DNA from: Leptolyngbyaceae cyanobacterium
GTDB lineage: Bacteria; Cyanobacteriota; Cyanobacteriia; Phormidesmidales; Phormidesmidaceae
Reading direction: 5' to 3'
Assembly (NCBI GenBank): GCA_965263355.1
Contig: CBDHHL010000032.1
Location: 864,001 to 928,000, forward strand
Length of the DNA stretch: 64,000 nucleotides
Part shown: one piece after another, positions 48,122 through 57,784 of the stretch
Layout of the letters: every line of letters begins with the position of its first letter
Numbering within the stretch: the first letter of the stretch is position 1
The notes under the pieces: generated by a model
What the model was told of the DNA's origin: nothing
Seen by the model: the letters and a program-made list of their open reading frames with translations, nothing else
Database searches by the model: none
Position numbers and translations under genes: made by a program

Positions 48122-49444
48122 ATGACTGAAAAAAAGTTGAAAGTACTATTAATTATTGAACAATGTAATCCGGCCTGGAACTCGGTTCCGCTCGAAGGAT
48201 ATCATTTGTATGCAGGCATTAGTCGCTTTGTTGATACAACCTTGGTGACCCATGAACGTAACCAGGAAGAACTTGAAAAGGTACATCCTGATGCAGATAT
48301 TGTCTATTTAGAAGATAGCAATTTTATTAAGAGGCTTGAACAATTAGGTGAACGATTGAGTACATACAAAGGCCAAATAATTTGGCCTTTGTTTAATGCG
48401 CTTACCTATCCAGTTTATTGGGGATTCAATCGTGAAGTCTATCGTCAGTTTAAGGATGCGATTGCCCGTGGTGACTATGATTTAGTCCATACAATTACTC
48501 CTATGATGCCGCGCTATCCTGCAAAAGCGGTTAAAGCATGCAAAAAAACACCCTTTATTCTTGGACCAGTGAATGGTGGTGTTCCTTTTCCAGATGGATT
48601 CAAAGAGCTAGGCCGCAGAGAATTCTCTTATCTTAACTTCCTTCGTGCAGTCGGTCGTTCTATTATTCCTGGATACCGTGAGACCTATAAAAAAGCGGAC
48701 TATATTTTAGCGGGGTCAAGTTACACCCTTGGGCTTATCAAAGAACTGTTTCCTAAAACGAGCGATGACAAGATAGAATTATTTTATGAGAATGGTATTA
48801 CCAGTTCCTTTGTTAGAACTGATAAGGATTTTGCTCAACACAAAAAAGCGACTGAAGCCTCAGTAGACAATAAGGTTAAGCTACTTTATGTGGGGCGTTT
48901 AGTTCCCTATAAAGGCGCTGATATGATTCTAGATGCTATCGATCGGCTCGATGCATCTGTCAAAGCAAAAATCAATTTGACAATTGTGGGTAAAGGTTCT
49001 GAGCAAGAGCGCTTAGAAAATCAAGTAAAACGGCTAAATCTTAAGGAGTGCGTTTACTTCACTGGTTATGTTGAACAGTGGCAAACATTGGAGTATTACC
49101 AAACTTCTGACATCTTCTGCTTTCCTTCTGTACGTGAATTTGGTGGCGCAGTGGTACTAGAAGCTATGGCCAATGCGTTACCTTGTATTGTGGTTGACAA
49201 TGGTGGTATTGGTGAATATGTAACAGAGAAAACAGGATTTAAGATTAGTCCCGTGTCTAGAGAGTTTGTCGTTAAGAAAATGGCTATTTACATTGCCCAA
49301 TTGGTTAATGACCACATAATGCGACACGATATGGCCTATGAGGCTCTTCAACGTGCACGAGAATTTACATGGGATATGAAAACTCGTACAGTTGTTAATG
49401 ATATTTACCCGAAGGTCTTAGCAAAACAAAAAAAGGCTGTTTAA
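48122..49444 (+). CDS. Glycosyltransferase family 4
   Basis: VGRLVPYKG and FPSVREFGGAVVLEAM. Confidence 0.92.
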   Translation: MTEKKLKVLLIIEQCNPAWNSVPLEGYHLYAGISRFVDTTLVTHERNQEELEKVHPDADIVYLEDSNFIKRLEQLGERLSTYKGQIIWPLFNALTYPVYWGFNREVYRQFKDAIARGDYDLVHTITPMMPRYPAKAVKACKKTPFILGPVNGGVPFPDGFKELGRREFSYLNFLRAVGRSIIPGYRETYKKADYILAGSSYTLGLIKELFPKTSDDKIELFYENGITSSFVRTDKDFAQHKKATEASVDNKVKLLYVGRLVPYKGADMILDAIDRLDASVKAKINLTIVGKGSEQERLENQVKRLNLKECVYFTGYVEQWQTLEYYQTSDIFCFPSVREFGGAVVLEAMANALPCIVVDNGGIGEYVTEKTGFKISPVSREFVVKKMAIYIAQLVNDHIMRHDMAYEALQRAREFTWDMKTRTVVNDIYPKVLAKQKKAV

Positions 49445-49512
49445 TATAGCTTTCGCGCATCGTTTAAAGCAGAGGTAATCTTTGAAGGATTTAGATAGCA
49501 ATAGTTATAGTT

Positions 49513-49607
49513 ATATAGCAATCCGGCCTAGTCTTTGAATATTTTGAGACTTTGATGCCTTTTAGAAGCTAGAGATGGCTCTCACAAATCAAATTGGATT
49601 GCTATAT
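49513..49607. mobile_element. 95-bp MITE-like element with perfect 12-bp TIRs
   Basis: ATATAGCAATCC ... GGATTGCTATAT. Confidence 0.7.
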
Positions 49608-49699
49608 GCGACACAATCTGACAAATGTATTCAGCAGATTGCTATAAAATTGCCAATTGTAATGTTGAACATCTCTTTTTTTGACTGTTGAAGGGGAAA

Positions 49700-49737
49700 A
49701 GCCAAGAAGCCATTCCTTAAGGAATGGCTTCTTGGCT
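49700..49737. terminator. Perfect 38-bp palindrome between convergent genes
   Basis: AGCCAAGAAGCCATTCCTT / AAGGAATGGCTTCTTGGCT. Confidence 0.7.
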
Positions 49738-49860
49738 GATAAAATTTGCAAATGTTGCTGCTCCTCATTATTTTACTTGTAAGATTCTGAGGAGCAGCAT
49801 TTTTTACAGATGATTCATCTTTTAAATCAAAAACGGTAAATCTTCCTTCTTGATGTAAAC

Positions 49861-50589
49861 CTAGGCTTCGAGTGCCATCAACTCAGAGACTGTCTTAAAT
49901 TGATATCCTTCTTTCTGCAACTGTTGTAAAGCTAATTTAGTCGCTTTAACAGTCTGAGAACGATCAGAATCTCCATCATTCATACCATCATGCATGAGAA
50001 CAATTGAACCAGGCTTCACATTGCGAATGATAGAATCAGCGATTGCTTCTGGTCCAGGATTTTCAAAATCTTTGGGATCAACATCCCAAAGAACATTAAT
50101 TTTCCGTCTGCGGGCAAGCTCCCAAGGTAATCTGATGCGTTTAAGACCATAGGGAGCCCGAAAGAGTATCTCTGATTTAGCACCCAAATCAGTTAATAAG
50201 TCATCTGTTTTCTGAATTTCTGAGCGGATAGTATTGAGGCTAATGTCGACCAACCGCTTGTGGGAATAGGAGTGGTTGCCTAACTCATGCCCCTCTGTAA
50301 TCATGCGACGAGTTGTTTCTAAATTATTTTCGATATTTTCACCAATTGCAAAAAAAGTTGCTTTTGCATCAAACTCGTTGAGCACATCTAACAAGCTATC
50401 TGTGTAGGGATAATTAGGACCATCGTCATAGGTCAGTGCTAGTGCTTTTTCCCGGGTGTTTACACAAGTAACCATTTGCCCAAACAATTGATACTTGTAT
50501 GATTTTGCCAACCAGTCCCAAGCATAGCGAAGCAAGAAAACCAATAGCGCTGTACCAGAAAAACAGATAAAAGCTAGAAAGAAATTCAT
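49861..50589 (-). CDS. Polysaccharide deacetylase (CE4/NodB), membrane anchored
   Basis: ALTYDDGP, HELGNHSYSH, FRAPYG and GSIVLMHD. Confidence 0.95.
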   Translation of the reverse strand: MNFFLAFICFSGTALLVFLLRYAWDWLAKSYKYQLFGQMVTCVNTREKALALTYDDGPNYPYTDSLLDVLNEFDAKATFFAIGENIENNLETTRRMITEGHELGNHSYSHKRLVDISLNTIRSEIQKTDDLLTDLGAKSEILFRAPYGLKRIRLPWELARRRKINVLWDVDPKDFENPGPEAIADSIIRNVKPGSIVLMHDGMNDGDSDRSQTVKATKLALQQLQKEGYQFKTVSELMALEA

Positions 50590-51372
50590 CTTATTGAAAA
50601 ACTAGTTGTTTTTTAGATTAATTAAGTAGGTCGGTTCAATCTTCTGTAAAATACAAGCAAACTGCTTAACTCTTTGGAATCTGCCGCATCCCCTTAATTA
50701 TCAAGGCTTTAAATCTAGTCTCCAGAATTGGAAAACAGAAGGAGGCCTGAATATCTGATAGTTAACTTGGACTACCTACTTATATACACCTTCAAGACGA
50801 ACAAAACATACGAAGGATTGCAGCAAAAACGTGTAAAAGGCTCAAACTCATTGTATCAAGCAGAAGCAAACATATCTCTACGGCAGTTTTATTTCAAGTG
50901 TATACTCACTAATTCGATGAGTAAGACACTTACATGAGAAGAGTAATAGTCACATTAGACTCAAAGGCGTCTTGAATAAGAAATCTGTTAAGCAATGGGG
51001 GTATCTTTAACAAATAGAAGTCATTCACTCGAAAAACTATAAATATATAATACCGTGTAATTCGTAAGGTAGCTTATTTAATAGATTGAGAGCTATGTGC
51101 CTTAGTAGCTGAAACTCTAGTCGTTAACAGCTTTGGAACTTAGAAATAAGTTAGCGTTCTCACGGTGGGAATCATACAGATGTGAACATAATGATTGACT
51201 TTACAGGAAAATGAGGCTGTTTTTTGTTGATTGGAAATGTTAGCCCTAGATTTGTAATATTTTCTTAATGTAGATGTTTATCACATTAAGAAGCTCCTGA
51301 TATAGGGGACTTTTATTTTTCTGTTAAGTCATATATGAGTAGAAACTAGGAATTGGGGATTACTAAGTAACT

Positions 51373-52779
51373 ATGCCGAAAACTCAAGCGAAACGGCTTG
51401 TACGTAATATTAGCGCCCAAGCATTGCAGAAACAGGTGGGCGTACGTCAAGATTTATCTCCCCAGCTTTGGAATCTATCCTATGAGAATCATTTACTTAC
51501 ATTACATGGTATCAATCTCCGAGATATTTTAGAACAGTATGGAAGTCCATTACATGTTTTAAATACACAGAGATTAGAACAAAATGCAAATGCCATGATG
51601 TATGGGCGTCAACAGACTAAGCTGCTGAATGTTTACTATTCCTACAAGACTCATCCTATTCCTCGGGTCTTACAGCTTTTGCATGGTTATGGTATTGGAG
51701 CAGAGGTAATTTCTCCCTACGAATTATGGTTAGCTCTACGTCTTGGAGTAGATCCTCAGAAAATTATTTATAATGGTCCGGCTAAGTCAGACGAATCCAT
51801 TGAAACAGCTATTAAGCAAGGTATCCGCTTACTTAATATCAACCACCGTGAAGAGCTAGAACGTTTTGCCAAAATATCCCGGCAGGTTGGTAAAACGGCC
51901 AATATTGCTATTCGATTAATATTTGCTAAGGGTTGGAGTGGCCAATTTGGTCTAGGAGTTGATACTGGGGAAGCTTTAGAGGTCTATCGCCAAGCTCTGA
52001 GTATGCCTGAACTAAATGTTATTGGTGTGCACTGTCATCGAGGGATACTCTTTAAGGGACTCGATGATATGGCAGGATATCTTCAAGGAATTAAAGATTT
52101 TTTAGATACCCTGCATAGGGAACTTAATTTTCACCCTGAAATTTTAGATGTGGGTGGTAGCATTGCCATATCTACGGTGCGGCCATTTTCAGACTTTGAC
52201 AAAAAGCTAGGTGAAACGTTTCGCATTGAGGTACGAGAGCCAGATCCTCAGAGTTATCCTTTGCTAGAAGACTTTGCAGAATTTATTGCTAAAGATCTCA
52301 CAGGCTATTTCCAAAGCGTTAATCGTCCTTTACCAGAGCTAGCTGTTGAGCCAGGAAGAGCTATTACTGGCAATACGCAGATGTTACTATCTCGCATTGT
52401 CGATACCAAAGAAACAGCTGAAACGTTTACCTATGGAATTTTAGATGCGGGTATTAGTGTTGCTGAAATTGTAAAACTTGAATTTCATCAAGTCTTTCCC
52501 CTACAACGCAAGATTCATCAACTAGAAGAACTTTATCGCCTAGTGGGGCCTATTTGTCATATGGGAGACACGCTGTATCCTGCTTGGCGGTTGCCTAAGT
52601 TAAGCAAGGGCGATGCTATTGCAATTATGGATTCAGGTGCTTACTTCGTACCTGAGGCTCGAGCTTTTTCTTTTCCCAAACCTGGTATTGTTGGATTAAA
52701 CAGCAACGGCGAGTCTTTCGTTATCCGTAAGTCTGACACATTTGAAAGTATTATCCATATGGATTGCTTGGCTGAATAG
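51373..52779 (+). CDS. Group IV PLP-dependent decarboxylase (LysA/ODC-like, divergent)
   Basis: YGSPLHV, YSYKTH (PLP lysine), YNGPAK, HCHRG, LDVGG, EPGRA, GPIC..GD and DSGAY. Confidence 0.88.
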   Translation: MPKTQAKRLVRNISAQALQKQVGVRQDLSPQLWNLSYENHLLTLHGINLRDILEQYGSPLHVLNTQRLEQNANAMMYGRQQTKLLNVYYSYKTHPIPRVLQLLHGYGIGAEVISPYELWLALRLGVDPQKIIYNGPAKSDESIETAIKQGIRLLNINHREELERFAKISRQVGKTANIAIRLIFAKGWSGQFGLGVDTGEALEVYRQALSMPELNVIGVHCHRGILFKGLDDMAGYLQGIKDFLDTLHRELNFHPEILDVGGSIAISTVRPFSDFDKKLGETFRIEVREPDPQSYPLLEDFAEFIAKDLTGYFQSVNRPLPELAVEPGRAITGNTQMLLSRIVDTKETAETFTYGILDAGISVAEIVKLEFHQVFPLQRKIHQLEELYRLVGPICHMGDTLYPAWRLPKLSKGDAIAIMDSGAYFVPEARAFSFPKPGIVGLNSNGESFVIRKSDTFESIIHMDCLAE

Positions 52780-52833
52780 GCTGCGTGTTGCGAAAACTAT
52801 TTTAGAATCTCTTAGCGATATCAATTTTTTCCT

Positions 52834-54120
52834 ATGGTTGCCATTAGTTCACTTAACCAAGCTCCGATTATGATGACTATGGGAGATTATGGGGGGACTC
52901 TAGCAGTTGTCAGGTCCTATGGCAAACATAATCAGCCCACTGTATTAGCGGACCCTAACACATCTACCCTAACCCATAAATCTCGCTATCTTTCAAAGGC
53001 ACTTAAATCTCCACCAGTAGAAGACTTTGAGCGTTTCTTTGATTGGTTGATGGAGTATGGAAAACAGAATCCTGGGGCGTTTCTCTATCCATCTAGTGAC
53101 GATATGACTTGGTTGATCGCTTACTATCGCGATCAGCTAAGCAAATATTACAAGCTTTACAGTCCCGATGTTAAAACTATCTATACACTCCTAAATAAAC
53201 CGGAGCTAAATGCAATCGCAAAAAAGCTGAGTATTCCCATACCAGCTACTATTGCTCCCACCTCTGTGGAAGAACTCAAAGCTCAAGCTCATGATTTAAC
53301 CTATCCGGTACTTATCAAACCCAGAACTCAAATTGGCATGCTCCGCCGTCAAAAGGGATTGGTTTTTGAAACTCCTGAAAAACTGTTAGAGACTTACCCA
53401 AACTACCAGCAAAAATTTTATTATCATCCGCTATTAGCCAACTTTGACCCAGACGTAGTATGGCCTATGGTGCAGGAATTTCATGTATCTGCTGGTCAGA
53501 ATACTTATAGTGTGGCTGGTTTTGTTGATGAAAGTCAAGAAATCTTTTTAACTCGCGCCTCGGCCAAGGTTTTACAATTTCCCATTCGAGTCGGTGTAGG
53601 GCTGTGTTTTGAAAGTCGTCCCATAAACCCTAAAGCCTTGCAATACCTTAAAGCTATTTGCAAAGAAGTTAGTTACTACGGTGTCTTTGAAGCTGAATTT
53701 ATAGTCGATGGCGATCAAATGCTGTTGATGGACTTTAATCCAAGATTTTACGGTCAAATGGCCTTTGAATTAGCCCGTAAGTTACCGTTAGATCAACTGG
53801 TATTAGCTTACGCTAACAACGACTTTGAGTATGGTAAAGCAGTTCAACAGCAGGACCAGATGTGGGACCATAACACAGTTTATCGTTTTAGTAATCGATG
53901 GCGACTGTGGTTGATTTTGACGACTCAGGCCTTTGCTGGACGCTTTTCTTGGGCCGAACGACGTAAGTGGTTAACCTGGGCGAGTCAGGCTGGTGATGGA
54001 TGCGATCCAGTCTACACCGACGATGATCCAAATCCTCGTCGTGCTGACATACAGTCGGTCGTTAAAAGCTGGGTAAAACATCCACGAAGTACGTTTAAGA
54101 CATTTTTTGCAGATCTTTGA
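52834..54120 (+). CDS. ATP-grasp carboxylate-amine ligase (D-aspartate-ligase-like)
   Basis: SRYLSK, LYPSSD, LLNK, YPVLIKPR, MVQEF and EAEF...LLMDFNPRF. Confidence 0.8.
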   Translation: MVAISSLNQAPIMMTMGDYGGTLAVVRSYGKHNQPTVLADPNTSTLTHKSRYLSKALKSPPVEDFERFFDWLMEYGKQNPGAFLYPSSDDMTWLIAYYRDQLSKYYKLYSPDVKTIYTLLNKPELNAIAKKLSIPIPATIAPTSVEELKAQAHDLTYPVLIKPRTQIGMLRRQKGLVFETPEKLLETYPNYQQKFYYHPLLANFDPDVVWPMVQEFHVSAGQNTYSVAGFVDESQEIFLTRASAKVLQFPIRVGVGLCFESRPINPKALQYLKAICKEVSYYGVFEAEFIVDGDQMLLMDFNPRFYGQMAFELARKLPLDQLVLAYANNDFEYGKAVQQQDQMWDHNTVYRFSNRWRLWLILTTQAFAGRFSWAERRKWLTWASQAGDGCDPVYTDDDPNPRRADIQSVVKSWVKHPRSTFKTFFADL

Positions 54121-54391
54121 AAAATCATCTAAATGTTTGGCATAGGGACAGGCTACTTCCTCGATAGATGCCAGTTTCCCTTTCCTACACCAAATATTGC
54201 GCTAATAGGTCTTGACAAGCATACACTGGGGTTTGCGTCCCAGCGTATTGCGCAATATAGTCCAAAAACGTATCTTCGGAGTTAAGAGCATCGACTACGT
54301 TGCACTTTTTGCAGGCCGAGTGTGAAACTTAACAAATACGCTGCAACGTAATAGAGACGTAATAGAATGAAAGCAAAATAGCAGAGATCAT

Positions 54392-54427
54392 AATAAATCC
54401 TCTGATGTTTCAATCAGAGGATTTATT
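54392..54427. terminator. 15-bp stem hairpin
   Basis: AATAAATCCTCTGAT-GTTTCA-ATCAGAGGATTTATT. Confidence 0.55.
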
Positions 54428-55132
54428 GATTTAATGCCTGAATGCAGATAGACAATTGGCCACATGAACGGGCCTACTGTACGTGGCAGTTATGCAGGGA
54501 CTGATGTTACGGATACGTTTGGTAGTGTGATTGTAGATGCTGGATTGAGGGCTGCGATCGCATGTAAAGACATTGCGCCTCTATCCACTGAACAAACCTA
54601 TGTCCTCTGAGTATGCGCGTTACCAGGGCCGATAATGTTTCCCTTACATTTACCTAACCCACTGACCCAATTGTGGCTGAAACCTTACAGGGAAAGGGCT
54701 TTAGGAAAAATCGAAAAAACATCATCCAAACCACAACTTCATTCGTATTAATAGTCAAACAGATAAATCGTTGTTGATGCGAGGTTGAACTGGATATTTC
54801 TGTTGCACTGTAACTAGTGTGATAGTGGAGGCCATTGTTTGTAGTAATTTGTTTAATAAACAAATGAACCATAACCTGTTCAAAAAAACTACAAATAATC
54901 TCATCCAATATCAACGCTTACTCGTATCTATGACTGAATGCAATTGTGTTCTTTTCAAACCTCAAGTTTGATTTAGCCATAGAACAGTAATTGCAATCTG
55001 TTCGTTAGTCCTTTTCTCGTTAAGAATATCCGCAACAGCTATCTTGGCAGTTCTGTCAGGAGCGTTTAAGCGTACTGACTCTTTATCGAGACTGCTCGTT
55101 TTTAGCTATCTACCACTATAGGAGAATCCAAA

Positions 55133-57568
55133 ATGAACGTTTTTCTAGCTTTTTTTGTTAACCAGATTGTTAGCGCATTATTTCAAGATGCCCCTGAGAT
55201 TGAAGATTTAGGAGATATCTTGATTGGTGGCAATGGTGACGACAATCTTCAAGGCGGAGATCAGGATGATATCTTTTTCGGTGGCAACGGAAATGACACT
55301 ATTCTTGGCGGTGCTGGAACTGACATAGTGTTTGCTGGCAGAGGTGATGATATTGTTGTTGGCCAGACAGGTAACGACGTTGCTTTTTTGGGCTCAGGTG
55401 ATGATCGTTTTATCTGGAACAATGGCGATGGGAGTGACTTCATCAACGGTGGATTAGGCTATGATACCACCCAGGTGAATGGAGCAGATGGTCCTGGTGA
55501 TGAGTTTGATTTGAGTCAGGTGGATGGCCAAGCTATTTTCAACCGTCTCAATCTTGGTCTCTTTACACTCACCAATGAAGGTATTGAACAGTTTGAGATC
55601 AATGGTCAGGGGGGGGATGATTCTTTGACAGTGGGTGACCTGACCGGCAGTGAGGTGCAAAAAGTTGTCTTCTCGGGTGGTTATGGTAATGACATATTAG
55701 ATGCCCGTGAAAGCTCCACTACGATTGAGGCGTTTGGTGGTGACGGTAATGACTTGCTGCAGGGTGGTTCAGCAGAGGATACTTTCTTTGCTGGCGCAGG
55801 CGATGATATTGTTGTTGGCCAGCGCGGCAATGACACGGCAGACCTGGGTGAAGGCGACGACCGGTTTATCTGGAATAACGGAGATGGTAGCGACTTCATC
55901 AATGGCGGTACTGGGTTTGACGTCACTCAAGTCAACGGTGCGGATGGTCCTGGCGATGAGTTTGATTTGAGTCAGGTGGATGGCCAAGCTATTTTCAACC
56001 GTCTTAATCTTGGTCTCTTTACCCTAACTAATGAAGGTATTGAACAGTTTGAGATCAATGGTCAGGGGGGGGATGATTCTCTGACAGTGGGCGACCTGAC
56101 CGGCAGTGAGGTGCAAAAAGTTGTCTTCTCGGGTGGTAACGGTAATGACATATTAGATGCCCGTGAAAGTTCCACCACGATTGAAGCGTTTGGTGGTGAC
56201 GGCAATGACTTGCTGCAGGGTGGTTCAGCAGAGGATACTTTCTTTGCTGGCGCAGGCGATGATATTGTTGTTGGCCAGCGCGGCAATGACACGGCAGACC
56301 TGGGTGAAGGCGACGACCGGTTTATCTGGAATAACGGAGATGGTAGCGACTTCATCAATGGCGGTACTGGGTTTGACGTCACTCAAGTCAACGGTGCGGA
56401 TGGTCCTGGCGATGAGTTTGATTTGAGTCAGGTGGATGGCCAAGCTATTTTCAACCGTCTTAATCTTGGTCTCTTTACCCTAACTAATGAAGGTATTGAA
56501 CAGTTTGAGATCAATGGTCAGGGGGGGGATGATTCTCTGACAGTGGGCGACCTGACCGGCAGTGAGGTGCAAAAAGTTGTCTTCTCGGGTGGTAACGGTA
56601 ATGACATATTAGATGCCCGTGAAAGTTCCACCACGATTGAAGCGTTTGGTGGTGACGGCAATGACTTGCTGCAGGGTGGTTCAGCAGAGGATACTTTCTT
56701 TGCTGGCGCAGGCGATGATATTGTTGTTGGCCAGCGCGGCAATGACACGGCAGACCTGGGTGAAGGCGACGACCGGTTTATCTGGAATAACGGAGATGGT
56801 AGCGACTTCATCAATGGCGGTACTGGGTTTGACGTCACTCAAGTCAACGGTGCGGATGGTCCTGGCGATGAGTTTGATTTGAGTCAGGTGGATGGCCAAG
56901 CTATTTTCAACCGTCTTAATCTTGGTCTCTTTACCCTAACTAATGAAGGTATTGAACAGTTTGAGATCAATGGTCAGGGGGGGGATGATTCTCTGACAGT
57001 GGGCGACCTGACCGGCAGTGAGGTGCAAAAAGTTGTCTTCTCGGGTGGTAACGGTAATGACATATTAGATGCCCGTGAAAGTTCCACCACGATTGAAGCG
57101 TTTGGTGGTGACGGCAATGACATCCTTATCGGTGGTGCAGGTGACGACATTCTCATTGGTGGTGACGGTTTCGACTTGCTGATTGGTGGCGCAGGTAGTG
57201 ATATTCTCATCGGTGGCAATGGTGCCGACCTATTTGGCTTCGATACTGGTACTACCTTTAATGCGGCTGATATTGGCACCAATCAAATCCAAAACTTTGA
57301 GGCTATCGATAGCATTGTGCTAGATGTCACTGTCTTCTCACAGTTGACCAGTGCAGTGGGTGGTACACTGTCCGCTAGCGAGTTTGCAGTTGTGAATAGT
57401 GTAGAGGAAGCGGCTCTGAGTGACGCATTAATTGTCTACGGTGCGAATACCGGGAACCTATATTACAACCCGAACGGCGTTGAAGAGGGCTTTGGCAATG
57501 GTGCTCAAATGGCAACAATTGAAGGTGCTCCCACATTAGATGCTAATAGCTTTGTCATTCAGGCATAG
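55133..57568 (+). CDS. RTX / hemolysin-type calcium-binding repeat protein
   Basis: Many GGxGxDxLx nonapeptides; AGGAG RBS; C-terminal LYYNPNG region typical of cyanobacterial RTX proteins. Confidence 0.92.
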   Translation: MNVFLAFFVNQIVSALFQDAPEIEDLGDILIGGNGDDNLQGGDQDDIFFGGNGNDTILGGAGTDIVFAGRGDDIVVGQTGNDVAFLGSGDDRFIWNNGDGSDFINGGLGYDTTQVNGADGPGDEFDLSQVDGQAIFNRLNLGLFTLTNEGIEQFEINGQGGDDSLTVGDLTGSEVQKVVFSGGYGNDILDARESSTTIEAFGGDGNDLLQGGSAEDTFFAGAGDDIVVGQRGNDTADLGEGDDRFIWNNGDGSDFINGGTGFDVTQVNGADGPGDEFDLSQVDGQAIFNRLNLGLFTLTNEGIEQFEINGQGGDDSLTVGDLTGSEVQKVVFSGGNGNDILDARESSTTIEAFGGDGNDLLQGGSAEDTFFAGAGDDIVVGQRGNDTADLGEGDDRFIWNNGDGSDFINGGTGFDVTQVNGADGPGDEFDLSQVDGQAIFNRLNLGLFTLTNEGIEQFEINGQGGDDSLTVGDLTGSEVQKVVFSGGNGNDILDARESSTTIEAFGGDGNDLLQGGSAEDTFFAGAGDDIVVGQRGNDTADLGEGDDRFIWNNGDGSDFINGGTGFDVTQVNGADGPGDEFDLSQVDGQAIFNRLNLGLFTLTNEGIEQFEINGQGGDDSLTVGDLTGSEVQKVVFSGGNGNDILDARESSTTIEAFGGDGNDILIGGAGDDILIGGDGFDLLIGGAGSDILIGGNGADLFGFDTGTTFNAADIGTNQIQNFEAIDSIVLDVTVFSQLTSAVGGTLSASEFAVVNSVEEAALSDALIVYGANTGNLYYNPNGVEEGFGNGAQMATIEGAPTLDANSFVIQA
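55491..57121 (+). repeat. About 3.6 near-identical 456-bp (152-aa) tandem repeats, with a more diverged partial unit upstream
   Basis: GGTCCTGGYGATGAGTTTGATTTGAGTCAGG occurs at 55491, 55947, 56403 and 56859. Confidence 0.97.
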
Positions 57569-57594
57569 TTATAACTGGTTACATCGGTAAAGAT

Positions 57595-57646
57595 AAGAGC
57601 CCTAAGTAGAACAATGTCTCAAGCGCATTGTCTTGCTTAGGGTTTT
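57595..57646 (+). terminator. Probable intrinsic terminator after the RTX gene
   Basis: CCCTAAG...ACAATG..CATTGT...CTTAGGG followed by TTTT. Confidence 0.55.
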
Positions 57647-57784
57647 GAAATCTGAACTAGCCCAATGCTAATAGCCTGTAGCCTGTAGAAAAATCCCAGT
57701 TTCTGCCGGATGCCTGGGTTTAGTGCGGGAATAATGTAAGTATGGTCCTGATACCGATATAGATCTGTCTATGGTTGCCAGCCC

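Noticed and set aside
50728..50937. 69-aa ORF between the deacetylase and decarboxylase
   Set aside because: TTG start, no RBS or motif, in an AT-rich divergent promoter region.
54464..54914. Short ORFs (48 aa on +, 86 aa on -) before the RTX gene
   Set aside because: They have no recognisable motifs or RBS and cannot be supported from sequence alone.
55261..57282. Repeated alternative-frame and antisense ORFs in the RTX gene
   Set aside because: They are shadows of the 456-bp repeat and show no independent coding signal.
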